Shown here piece by piece: positions 17,694 to 25,834 of a DNA stretch of 64,000 bases. Under the pieces are notes generated by a model. The model saw nothing but the letters and a program-made list of their open reading frames with translations. It searched no databases and had not been told where the DNA came from. A program made the translations under genes and the position numbers. The stretch comes from an uncultured Thermoleophilia bacterium (GTDB lineage: Bacteria; Actinomycetota; Thermoleophilia; UBA2241), in the NCBI GenBank assembly GCA_963699725.1, contig CAVOVA010000008.1, forward strand, positions 48,349-112,348. Reading direction: 5' to 3'. The stretch's first letter is position 1. Every line of letters starts with the position of its first letter.

Positions 17694-18827
17694 CGACACC
17701 TCGCGCAGCCGCTCCTTGACGAGCGCGGCGGCGTCGTCGTGCAGGACGATCGTCGCCAGGCTGGTGATCTGGACGCCGTCGATGCAGCCCAGACCGACGA
17801 GCGAGTCGGCGCCCAGGAGCGCATCGAGGAGGCCGCCCGCCTCGATGCCGTTCTGGAAGTCGGGCGCCTTCGCGTCGCCGCCGATGCCGCCGCCCTGGGT
17901 GGGCAGGCCATAGTGCCGTTTGGCCATTTCCACGCCGGCGAGCGTGGCGGCTCTTGCCTCGGGCGAGGCGGAGAGGAAGAACCCGCTGCGCAGGTCGGCG
18001 GCGGCCGGGACCGGCGCGGCGATGAGCGGGCAACCAGGCGCCGCGAGCTGGAAGAGCACGACCGCCGAGAGCAGCTCGGCCATCGCCACGACCGTGGTTC
18101 CCGCCACGCTGACGGGCCCGGTCGTGCCCATCAGCGGCAGCGGCATGATGACGATCGGCACGCCGGCCCGCGCCAAGGCGATGCTGGCTTCCGTCATCGG
18201 GCCGTCGTGGGCGAGCGGCGCGAGAGTGCAGTTGATCGTCGAGAACACGGGCCGTTCGGCCACCGGCGCGCCGCCCACGGCGGCGATCATCTCGAGCAAT
18301 GGGGCCACGAACTCGGGACTGCGCACCTCGTCCTGCACGTGCTTGGCGCAGGAGCGGAACGAGATGGCCTCGATCTCGAGGTTGGCCGTCAGCGGGTCCA
18401 GGTCGCGGGCCGAGACGATGGGCCACACGTAGTCGGCGTTGGGCAGGGCGTCGAACAAGGGCATCAGCGTGCGCAGATCCGCGGCGGACGCTTCGTGACG
18501 CTCGCCGCTCTCGTCGTCGACGACGTAGGTCACCGTGCCGTCCGTGGTGAAGCTCAGGCTGCCGTTACCCACCCACACGTCGTGGGCGGGGTCGCGGGCG
18601 GCGAGCAGCAGCTTCCGGGGCGTCGTCTCCAGGCAGCGCGCGACCAGCTCTCGCGGCAGGCGCGCCGTGAGCCGCTCGCGGTCGAGGACCGCCCCGGTCC
18701 CCTCGAGCAGGTCCATGGCCGCCGGCGTGTTGTAGGCGACGCCCACCTCCTCGAGCACGGTCAGTGTCTGCTCGTCGAGCGTGTCGCGCTCCGCAGCACC
18801 GAGGAGACTCGCCTGCAACCTCGTCAT
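17406..18827 (-). CDS. MttB-superfamily methyltransferase, paralogue C
   Basis: Trimmed to ATG 18827 (MTRLQASLL.., AAGGAG upstream). Colinear with paralogue A, with identical N- and C-terminal blocks. Confidence 0.85.
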   Translation of the reverse strand: MTRLQASLLGAAERDTLDEQTLTVLEEVGVAYNTPAAMDLLEGTGAVLDRERLTARLPRELVARCLETTPRKLLLAARDPAHDVWVGNGSLSFTTDGTVTYVVDDESGERHEASAADLRTLMPLFDALPNADYVWPIVSARDLDPLTANLEIEAISFRSCAKHVQDEVRSPEFVAPLLEMIAAVGGAPVAERPVFSTINCTLAPLAHDGPMTEASIALARAGVPIVIMPLPLMGTTGPVSVAGTTVVAMAELLSAVVLFQLAAPGCPLIAAPVPAAADLRSGFFLSASPEARAATLAGVEMAKRHYGLPTQGGGIGGDAKAPDFQNGIEAGGLLDALLGADSLVGLGCIDGVQITSLATIVLHDDAAALVKERLREVSFDPAACLLDDIRAVGPGGHYMARASTRRHAHDAWQPAVLRRGAFEAYHGRTLVQDALERARELLASHEVLPLPEDVDRHLDEVVAAHRRLALQKA

Positions 18828-18936
18828 CAGGATCAGCTCCTTCTCTTGGTCCTCACGGAGCCACACGTGCGCCGGCTACGGTCGGGACGGCTCTCCCGGC
18901 GCCGGTGGTCCTGTCTCAGCCCTGCGGCGACCGCGC

Positions 18937-20379
18937 TCAGGAATCGAACCCGAGGCCCAGGCGGTCGAGCGCGCGCAACCACAGATTGCGACGTCCTTCT
19001 CGCGCGTCGGCACGGCCGAGCGACCACGACGTCATGCCGACGACGGCCAGGCGCAGGGGCTCGGGCGGCCACGCCATCGGCTGCGTCGCCGTGAGCCTCA
19101 GCCTGGTGAGCTCGCTGCCGTCTCCTTCCAGGAGATGCAGCCCGACCAGCGCGCCGAAGCGAGACTCGCCGACACCGTTGCCCGTGTAGCCCAGCGCATA
19201 GGCGACCCGGCCGCCGTGGGCCGTACCCCAGAACTGGCAGAGACGGGTGCAGGTGTCGACCGCGCCCCCCCAGGCGTGCGTGAAGCGCACCCCGGCGAGC
19301 TGCGGGAAGGTCGTGAAGAAGTGGGCGGCGAGCTTCTCGAACGTCTGCGGTCGCTGCTCGAACTCCGCCCTCATGCCGCTGCCGTAGTGGTAGATGGCGT
19401 CGTAGCCTCCCCACAGGATGCGGCCGTCGGCCGTGCGTCGGTAGTAGTGGAAACGGTTGGCGGCGTCGCCGACGCCCTGGTACCTCGGCCAGCCGACGGT
19501 GGCCCACTGGTCGTCGCTCAGCGGCTCCGTCATGAGAGCCTGGTCGTACACGGGTACGACGCGGCGGCGCATCGCCGGGAGCAGAGCGGAGCACGCGTTG
19601 GTGGCCAGCATGACGCGGCGTGCGGCCAAGCGGCCATCGGGGGTCGTCAGCAGCATGCCGGCCCCCCGGCGTTCCAGCTTCTCGACGCGGGTGTGCTCGT
19701 GGAGGCGCACCCCGAGGTCGCGGGCGGCGCGGGCCAATCCCCAGACCAACCGCGCCGGGTCGACCATCGCGCAGCCGTCCTTGTTCCAGAGGCCGGCCAG
19801 GTACGTCGGCGAAGCGATCTCCGCCCGCATCGCGGGACCGTCCAGCCACTCGACGTTCTGACCGGCGGCGACCATCCGGTCGCGGGTAGAGGCAAGCTCG
19901 TCGACCTGCCAGGGTGCGATGGCCGCGCCGATCTCACCCGATCGCCGCCAGTCGCAGTCGATGCCGTAGCGAGCGACGGCGCGCTCGACTTCGTCCAGGT
20001 TCTCGAGGCCGAGCCGATCCAGCGTCTCCAGCTCTTCTGGGAAGTGACTGAGACCGTTGTTGATGCCGTGCGTCAGCGTGGCCATGCAGAAGCCGCCGTT
20101 GCGGCCGGAGGCCTGCCAGCCGACGCGGCCGCCCTCGAGGAGCACGACGTCGCGATCGGGGTCGCGCTCCTTGGCGAGCAGGGCCGTCCACACCCCGGTC
20201 AGGCCCGCCCCGACGACGACGAGGTCGCACTCGTCGCGGCCGTAGAAGGGCGTGGCGGGCTCGGGCGCCTGCGGGCTGTCGAGCCAGAACGAAAGGGGAG
20301 AGGCGTCGGCAAGAGCACGCGTGGCGAGCCCTGCGCTTGCAGTGCGCCGCGTCACGGCCGTGGACTCATTCGTGCCCAT
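18937..20379 (-). CDS. FAD-dependent oxidoreductase (DAO / glycine-sarcosine oxidase-like family)
   Basis: LVVVGAGLTGVWTALLA..DVVLLE......ASGRNGGF dinucleotide-binding N-terminus; 480 aa. Confidence 0.8.
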   Translation of the reverse strand: MGTNESTAVTRRTASAGLATRALADASPLSFWLDSPQAPEPATPFYGRDECDLVVVGAGLTGVWTALLAKERDPDRDVVLLEGGRVGWQASGRNGGFCMATLTHGINNGLSHFPEELETLDRLGLENLDEVERAVARYGIDCDWRRSGEIGAAIAPWQVDELASTRDRMVAAGQNVEWLDGPAMRAEIASPTYLAGLWNKDGCAMVDPARLVWGLARAARDLGVRLHEHTRVEKLERRGAGMLLTTPDGRLAARRVMLATNACSALLPAMRRRVVPVYDQALMTEPLSDDQWATVGWPRYQGVGDAANRFHYYRRTADGRILWGGYDAIYHYGSGMRAEFEQRPQTFEKLAAHFFTTFPQLAGVRFTHAWGGAVDTCTRLCQFWGTAHGGRVAYALGYTGNGVGESRFGALVGLHLLEGDGSELTRLRLTATQPMAWPPEPLRLAVVGMTSWSLGRADAREGRRNLWLRALDRLGLGFDS

Positions 20380-20515
20380 TCACGAATCATCATCCCCCAC
20401 GATATCGGGCCGGGTCGATCGCCACAACATGTGGCGATGCTGGTCACGGGCGGCGAGCGCGTCCGCAGGCAGGACCCGAGGCCGCCACCCGCCGAAGGCC
20501 ACTCGATCCGTCCTG

Positions 20516-22081
20516 TCACTCAGGGTCTGACCCTCCAGAGCGTGTGGTCGAGTCGAAGGCCTGTCCGTGTTCGTCGGCTCCCTGGACTCCTCCGCTCTCC
20601 CTGCGGCGAGCGAAGGTGGTCATGCGAGTGACCCGTTCGGCCAAAGGAGCGATCTGGACCCCCTTGGGCAGCGAAAGGCCGAGGGCTCGACGCAGGGCCC
20701 TTGATGCCGGATCCGGTACGCGGCCGGCGTCTTCTCGCTCTTCGCACCTGATGACGGCGCCCCGTACGAGACGTGCACCCGCGGATCTGAGCGGTTCGAT
20801 CGGCAGATACGAGGGTGGGTCGGAGACGAGCGGAGATCGGGAGTAGTCGTCGTCCAGGCCCAGGGTCACAGAGGCCAGCGTGCGCCCTATCACGTGTGAG
20901 GGTACGACGCCGTTGCCGGTATAGCCGACGCCGTAGTGGATGTTGCGGTGCCGGCCGATGCCGCCGACCCAGGGCATGCCGTGCTGGGACCGGTCTATCG
21001 GCCCTCCCCACGCCCAGTCGACTCGAGCCGACGTCAGCGCCGGCAGCATCCGCTGCATGTCCGCCGCGATCTCTTGTGTCTCACGACGATCGTGGAAATG
21101 CTCGGGGATGATGCGCCCCGCGAACCCGAGGCGCCCACCCCCGCGGCCGAAGACCATGCGGTGATCGGCGGTCCTCTGAGCGTAGTGGACCGCCGTCCGT
21201 GCATCGGCGAACGGGCGCCCTTGCGTCCATCCGAGTGCATCCAGCTCGGCTTCACACGGCTCGGTCGCGATGACGTGGGTCGGGATGATGAACAAGGTGC
21301 GACGCAGCTCGGAGACGCGGGCAAGCCACGACCCGCACGCGAGGATGACCTGGTCGGCGATGACCGAGCCGGCGAGCGTGTCGACCACGGCGGGTGCGTC
21401 GCGGTGGAGCTTCACCATGGGAGACGCCTCGAACACCTGGACGCCGGCGGCCTCGACAAGGCGTCTCAGGCCTTGAGCGAGGAGCGCCGGCTGGACCGAA
21501 CCCGCGTGCTCGAGGAGGTAGCCGCCGGAGGCCTCGGAGATGCCCGACAGCTGCCTCGCCTCTTCGGCCGAGAGGAGCCTGATCAGACTCCCTCTCCCCG
21601 CCGCTTCCATGCCGGCCACGGTCTCCAGCAGACCGCCGAGCTGGGCCTCGGACGTCGCGACGATCAAGCCTCCCCCCATCGCCAGGTCGCAATCGATCGC
21701 CCCGTCACTGACCACCTGCGTCAGGTCGCTCAGACTTCGGTGCGACAGGTCGAGCACGGCGAGGGCGTCGCTGTGGCCGTAGAGCCCGGTAAGCGTCGGC
21801 AGAACGTCGTCCCAGGCGTTGAGCCAGCCGCCGTTTCTCCCCGAGGCCCCATGCCCGCAGTAGGTCTGTTCGACGAGCACGACGTCCAGTTCGCCGGCCA
21901 GCTTCTTGAGCGACAGAGCCGACCACAGGCCCGTGAACCCACCGCCTATGACGCAGACGTCCGCGCGGATGGTCCGCGTGAGGGGCGTGATGGAGCGGAC
22001 CGCGTCCCACCGAGGATCACCCCCCTGCCAGAAGACGCCGTCGTTGACCGCGACACCTCGTTGACCTTCACTGCGTTCCAC
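20516..22081 (-). CDS. FAD-dependent oxidoreductase (DAO family), second paralogue
   Basis: VCVIGGGFTGLWSALSL..DVVLVE.....GASGRNGGW; 521 aa; GGAGAGGGGAGGG upstream of the GTG start. Confidence 0.8.
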   Translation of the reverse strand: MERSEGQRGVAVNDGVFWQGGDPRWDAVRSITPLTRTIRADVCVIGGGFTGLWSALSLKKLAGELDVVLVEQTYCGHGASGRNGGWLNAWDDVLPTLTGLYGHSDALAVLDLSHRSLSDLTQVVSDGAIDCDLAMGGGLIVATSEAQLGGLLETVAGMEAAGRGSLIRLLSAEEARQLSGISEASGGYLLEHAGSVQPALLAQGLRRLVEAAGVQVFEASPMVKLHRDAPAVVDTLAGSVIADQVILACGSWLARVSELRRTLFIIPTHVIATEPCEAELDALGWTQGRPFADARTAVHYAQRTADHRMVFGRGGGRLGFAGRIIPEHFHDRRETQEIAADMQRMLPALTSARVDWAWGGPIDRSQHGMPWVGGIGRHRNIHYGVGYTGNGVVPSHVIGRTLASVTLGLDDDYSRSPLVSDPPSYLPIEPLRSAGARLVRGAVIRCEEREDAGRVPDPASRALRRALGLSLPKGVQIAPLAERVTRMTTFARRRESGGVQGADEHGQAFDSTTRSGGSDPE

Positions 22082-22352
22082 TCGCCCTCCCCTCTCCGGC
22101 TTGTCGCACGTGACTCGACCGCCGATTCATTGGTCCGCTGTTCATGCTAAGTCCCATCAACGGCTTCGGGGTCAGGACCGCCGAGCCCTCTCCGCGGGGA
22201 GGCGACACGCGTCCACGACTCCGCTCGTCCCCCGTGCAGGATGGTGGGAGGGCTCGCAGTGCATCGACGCGGATCGCTCACGCGGGTCGTTGCTGGGGGG
22301 TCCCCAGCCGGCGCGATGCGGCCAGTCGTGAGGTGGCGGCGGAGGGGTCGTG

Positions 22353-22588
22353 ATGGCGACCATTCGGCGAGCCGACGTGATCGTCGCAGATCCTGGGACT
22401 TCCGTGCGTTGGACGGAGCGTGACGAATCCTGCGCCGTCAGCACCACCATCCTTCGACTGGTCGACAGCGACGGCGTGGGGGGCATCGCCGGCTCAGACT
22501 GATCCACATTCGGGCGTGCGGACCGCTCCACGCTCGAGGCCGTTCGCTCGATGTGGCCCTGGCTCGAGGGACGCTCGATCGCCCGCCG
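22353..22588 (+). pseudogene. 5' fragment of an enolase-superfamily (MR/MLE-like) gene with in-frame TGA at 22500
   Basis: GGAGGGG then ATG 22353: MATIRRADVIVADPGTSVRWTERDESCAVSTTILRLVDSDGVGGIAGSD*STFGRADRSTLEAVRSMWPWLEGRSIARREAL. This fits the N-terminal capping-domain pattern (..L.L..DG..G.G..). It ends where the antisense antitoxin remnant begins. Confidence 0.4.
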
Positions 22589-22640
22589 GGAGGCGCTCGG
22601 CGAGGGAGAGCTTGCTGAGGTCGAGGTCGGTTGTGCGCAT
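22494..22640 (-). pseudogene. remnant of addiction-module antitoxin (only the first ~17 codons are homologous)
   Basis: MRTTDLDLSKLSLAERL matches MRSTDLDISALSLAERI of the antitoxin at 32749, with GGGAGG upstream. Similarity stops after ..gccgagcgc (~22590). Confidence 0.45.
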
Positions 22641-22713
22641 GAGCTCAGCCTCCCTCGCGCGCCCCGCAGGCGCAGCACCAGAGGGGTGGACATCGGCCTC
22701 ACGACCTGTGTGC

Positions 22714-22815
22714 CGCTACCACCGTGGCGTCAAGCTGCGGGCGCTTCTGTCGCCCTGGGTGCGTAGGCAGCCAGGGCGACAGAGGCGATCTGCCGGCTGC
22801 AACCGCTTCTTAGGC
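22714..22815 (-). repeat. attC site with partly eroded cores
   Basis: CGCTACC ACCGTGGCGTCAAGCTGCGGGCG .. internal palindrome CTGTCGCCCTGG/CCAGGGCGACAG .. GGCTGCAACCGCTT CTTAGGC; the methyltransferase TAA stop lies in the right core. Confidence 0.5.
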
Positions 22816-23589
22816 AGCCGACACGGTACCTGCGCCTCCCCCGGCGCGATGCCTGAAGACGTAGATCGCCCAGCCGACAGTGTCTCGGCCCCACCGGAGG
22901 TAAGCTGCCTTGTTCCTTGCCACCCGCTCACCCACGTCCACCAGGTCCGGATCATCCGGATGGGCGCGAGCGTACTCGGCCGTCGCGTACCATTGAAGGC
23001 CCTCGTATCTGTCCCAATCGTCCTTGCTGCTCACGAAGGTGTGAACGAGTTCCAGACCTCGCTGGTCGCCCGCTTCAACGTTGGAGACGTGAGTGCCGAA
23101 GTCCTCCCTCGTCAACCCCGAGGAGTGCAAGTAGCTCTCTGGTGGCTCCTGCAGCCAATAGGGTTCGCCTACGATCACCCAGCCGCCAGGCTCGACCATT
23201 CTGGCCAACGCATCCAAGGTTCCGGCGTGCCCGCCGAAGACCCAACTGGCGCCGATACAGGCGGCGAGAGTGAAGCTGTCTGATTCGCCGGTGCGGAAGT
23301 CGGCGCCGTCCATCTGCGTGAAGGTCGCCTTCGCGTTCGGCACCCGTTCCTTCACGCTCCGCTTCGCGTCGGCGATGAAGAATGGAGAGATGTCGATGCC
23401 CAGCACACGAACGCCGTAGGCTTCGGCCAAGCGGATCAGGAACTCGCCCTTTCCACAGGCTATGTCAATCGCACTCGCGTCGGCCGAGAGCCGGACGAGC
23501 TCGACGAGACGCGCGAGCTTCTCTTCGCTCGTCGGGTTGCACACGATGTGCTCACGGTGAGTGATGTCGTAGAACTTCCGCATGTCCAT
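22810..23589 (-). CDS. class I SAM-dependent methyltransferase
   Basis: AIDIACGKGEFLIRLAEAYG.RVLGIDISP motif I / post-I; 259 aa. Confidence 0.8.
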   Translation of the reverse strand: MDMRKFYDITHREHIVCNPTSEEKLARLVELVRLSADASAIDIACGKGEFLIRLAEAYGVRVLGIDISPFFIADAKRSVKERVPNAKATFTQMDGADFRTGESDSFTLAACIGASWVFGGHAGTLDALARMVEPGGWVIVGEPYWLQEPPESYLHSSGLTREDFGTHVSNVEAGDQRGLELVHTFVSSKDDWDRYEGLQWYATAEYARAHPDDPDLVDVGERVARNKAAYLRWGRDTVGWAIYVFRHRAGGGAGTVSAA

Positions 23590-23610
23590 GGCGTGGCTCT
23601 CTATCTGTCA

Positions 23611-23693
23611 GGCGTCCGGGCGTTGAGTTGCGCCCGCCGACCACGAAGGATATCGCAGATCTTCTGGTCGTCTGCTCAAACGCCTTGTTGCGC
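23611..23693 (-). repeat. possible eroded attC
   Basis: GGCGTCC GGGCGTTGAG..GCCGACCA ... CTTCTGGTCGTCTGCTCAAACGCCTT GTTGCGC; the right arm resembles family B, the left arm is only partly complementary. Confidence 0.3.
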
Positions 23694-23858
23694 GTCGGGC
23701 CACACGCCGTGCCGACCAAGGCGCTCGAGGAGCTCGCAAACCAGCAGCCGGGGTTGCGATTCCCCGCTGCCCGATGGACGCTTCATCGTCTACGGCTGCG
23801 CTTCGTCGGTCCCCCCTGGTGCGAGCAGCAGGGCGGCGGCGAGAGAGTGCCTCACCGT

Positions 23859-24494
23859 CTAGCCAAGCCGAATCGAAGCCGGGACTGTCCAAGGCCGCAG
23901 GACATCACATCGGCTGAGCGGCACGAGACCCAGCCGGACGTTGTCGACGGCCTGTCGGCCCAGGTTGAACTCCCGCAGCGGGACAAGGATCTCACGCAGC
24001 TCCTGGGGGTTGCCCGCCGCAGTGGGCAGCGCGACGGCGAGGTGGGGCAGGAAGGTGCTCAGGTCCTCGTCGGGCAGGAGGCGATGGGCCAGCTCGGCCA
24101 GGTGTCCTCTGTCGCCTTCCGCCTCGGCCACGACCGCATTGTGGAAGCAGTTCAGTCGTGGGAAGTCGATGGTGAAGGTGCCCAAGTTGCGCAGCGCCTC
24201 GCGCCCCCGCTCCACCCATTCCTCCGTCGCTTCGGTCGGCCAGGACATCGCCCACCCAAGGGAGCCTAGCCAGAGGTGCTGCAGGTGCACCGGATAGGGT
24301 CGCAGCCAGTCGACCGGGCGAAGGCATCGTTGGAGCGCTTCCACTGCGGGCCACAACGCAGAGTCGAGGGGGATGAACCAGCCTGCCAGGAGACACGGCG
24401 ACTCGGGAAACTGGTCGGTGAACGCCTCCAGCGGTTCGTCGCGCTGCAGGAAGTGGAGCCAGCTCGCCTCGAAGCTCGTGAAGAGCTCACCCAT
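23859..24494 (-). CDS. hypothetical protein (weak 2H-phosphoesterase-like H-x-x-x pairs)
   Basis: 211-aa ORF with good codon bias. VHLQHLWLG and FLPHLAVAL loosely recall the two H-x-[TS]-x motifs of the 2H fold, but the T/S positions are not conserved. Confidence 0.5.
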   Translation of the reverse strand: MGELFTSFEASWLHFLQRDEPLEAFTDQFPESPCLLAGWFIPLDSALWPAVEALQRCLRPVDWLRPYPVHLQHLWLGSLGWAMSWPTEATEEWVERGREALRNLGTFTIDFPRLNCFHNAVVAEAEGDRGHLAELAHRLLPDEDLSTFLPHLAVALPTAAGNPQELREILVPLREFNLGRQAVDNVRLGLVPLSRCDVLRPWTVPASIRLG

Positions 24495-24496
24495 GT

Positions 24497-24616
24497 TCAG
24501 GCCGCGCTTCCACGACGACCTTTCCTGGCGGCCTGCGCAGCCTGTCCATCACCGGTTGCGTGCGGGGTCAGAAGGCTGATCGCGCCCGCCACCGTCGCTG
24601 CCAAGATCAGCACCAC
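24497..24616 (-). CDS. 39-aa hydrophobic peptide (below ORF-track cutoff)
   Basis: AAGGAGACA then GTG: VVLILAATVAGAISLLTPHATGDGQAAQAARKGRRGSAA; stop is 2 nt before the next ATG (24494). Confidence 0.35.
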   Translation of the reverse strand: MVLILAATVAGAISLLTPHATGDGQAAQAARKGRRGSAA

Positions 24617-24646
24617 TGTCTCCTTCTGCCCGGAGAGGATGCGGCC

Positions 24647-24736
24647 GCCCAACGTACCGCGGACAAGCTGCGAGCGCGCCGATCGCCGATGACACGGTCG
24701 GCGCTGCGGCGAGCCAGCTTCATCCACTTGTTCGAC
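24647..24736 (-). repeat. attC site
   Basis: GCCCAAC GTACCGCGGACAAGCTGCGAGCGCGCCGATCG ... GCTGCGGCGAGCCAGCTTCATCCACTT GTTCGAC. Confidence 0.85.
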
Positions 24737-24747
24737 AAGAGCCGCTA

Positions 24748-24939
24748 TCAGCCGGGCAAGACACGCTTATGGCCGACCATCTCGCCGTCCTCGAGCGGCA
24801 TCTCGACTACCTCGCGCAGGTTCTGCTGTAGTTCGTCGCTGTCGGCGCCCTGGCTGTGAGCGCCGGGCCGGCCGGGCACGTCGCCGATCAGCACGTTGGT
24901 GTCGGGGTCACGCTCTACGACGGAGTCGTACGACCGCAT
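24748..24939 (-). CDS. hicB: HicB-like antitoxin domain protein (solo)
   Basis: YDSVVERDPDTNVLIGDVPGRPGAHSQGADSDELQQNLREVVEM fits the HicB N-domain pattern (Y.v.ie.D.....ig.vP.lPGc.SqG.t.eE...N.rEai). No hicA lies in the cassette. Confidence 0.65.
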   Translation of the reverse strand: MRSYDSVVERDPDTNVLIGDVPGRPGAHSQGADSDELQQNLREVVEMPLEDGEMVGHKRVLPG

Positions 24940-24962
24940 TGTCGCGCCTCCTTGCGACCCTT

Positions 24963-25403
24963 CTACGATAGCCCAGCCTCAAGCGAGGACGCCAGACCTA
25001 CCGGCGAACGTCCACCAAACGCGCCGCGCATGAGCAGACGCCGCTGACCCGCCACCGTGCGGCAGACCTTCTGGCGTTCTCCTCGATGCGCTTGTTGGTC
25101 ACGCCTCACGTCCTCCGGCTCTCCGGGGAGCTGGGCTGAGCGCCAAGCCGCGACCACCCACACCGAGTCGTCCTTCACGCGGGAGAAGAAACGGTAGGGC
25201 GGCACGACGACCTCGCGGAACGGCAGGTCGGGGAACTCCGGCAGCACGCGCCCCGACTCCGGGTAGTCGGCGAGGCGGGAGAGCGAGTCGGCCGCACGGT
25301 CGCGCAGGCTACACGCCGCGGCCGGGTCGTCGGCGACGACGTTGGCGAGCGCCGCGAGGAACTGCTCGCGGGCGGCGGGCGTGAAGAGGACCCTGCGGCT
25401 CAC
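24963..25403 (-). CDS. parE: ParE/RelE-family toxin with ~45-aa extension through its attC
   Basis: GTG 25403 overlaps the antitoxin stop (GTGA). FTPAAREQF..L..YPESGRVLPEFPDLPFREVVVPPYRFFSRVKDDSVWVVAAWRSAQ. The ORF has no stop until 24963, past attC 25014..25100. Confidence 0.7.
   Translation of the reverse strand: MSRRVLFTPAAREQFLAALANVVADDPAAACSLRDRAADSLSRLADYPESGRVLPEFPDLPFREVVVPPYRFFSRVKDDSVWVVAAWRSAQLPGEPEDVRRDQQAHRGERQKVCRTVAGQRRLLMRGAFGGRSPVGLASSLEAGLS
25014..25100 (-). repeat. attC site (family B)
   Basis: ACCAAAC GCGCCGCGCATGAGCAGACGCCGCTGACC ... GGCAGACCTTCTGGCGTTCTCCTCGATGCGCTT GTTGGTC. Confidence 0.85.
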
Positions 25404-25675
25404 GGCCTGCTGAGCAGCTCGTCCGCCTCGGCGAGCACGTCGGCGAGGGCGTGGCCGGAGCCGGCCTCGATCTCGGCCTCGCCGCGGGCGAGCAGGCGCA
25501 GGATCTCGAGCTCGTGCTGCGTGCGCTCGTAGGCCCTCGCGCTGACCAAGACGGCGGCGGCACGCCCGCGCTGGGTGATGAACACCGGCTGCTGCGTGTC
25601 GGCCGCGCGCTTGATCACGCCCGAGGCGTCCTGACGCAGGTCGGTGATGGGCACGATGTCCGGTACTGATGCCAT
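25400..25675 (-). CDS. Phd/YefM-family antitoxin
   Basis: VPITDLRQDASGVIKRAADTQQPVFITQRGRAAAVLVS.RAYE.....LEILRLLARGE. Confidence 0.8.
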   Translation of the reverse strand: MASVPDIVPITDLRQDASGVIKRAADTQQPVFITQRGRAAAVLVSARAYERTQHELEILRLLARGEAEIEAGSGHALADVLAEADELLSRP

Positions 25676-25744
25676 TAACGCTACCTCCTATGCTACTGGC
25701 AACGGTACCACTAACGTACCCTCGCGACCAGTGGAGAAGGCTGT

Positions 25745-25834
25745 ACCCAACGCACCGCGCGTAGCCTGCGCGGGCGACGGTACCCGATGACAACATCGGC
25801 GTAGCGGTGAGTCAGGTTGATCCGCTTGTTAGCC
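25745..25834 (-). repeat. attC site (family C)
   Basis: ACCCAAC GCACCGCGCGTAGCCTGCGCGGGCGACGG ... GCGGTGAGTCAGGTTGATCCGCTT GTTAGCC; the GNAT TAA stop lies in the right core. Confidence 0.85.

Noticed and set aside
14442-18827. Possible pyrrolysine (in-frame TAG) in the MttB-family genes.
   Set aside because: All three ORFs are uninterrupted by TAG, and no pylTSBCD genes are in the window. They are non-Pyl members of the superfamily.
22172-22702. 176-aa minus-strand ORF across the array break.
   Set aside because: Ser/Pro/Arg-rich with no motifs. The region is better explained by a 17-codon antitoxin remnant plus an antisense enolase-like stump.
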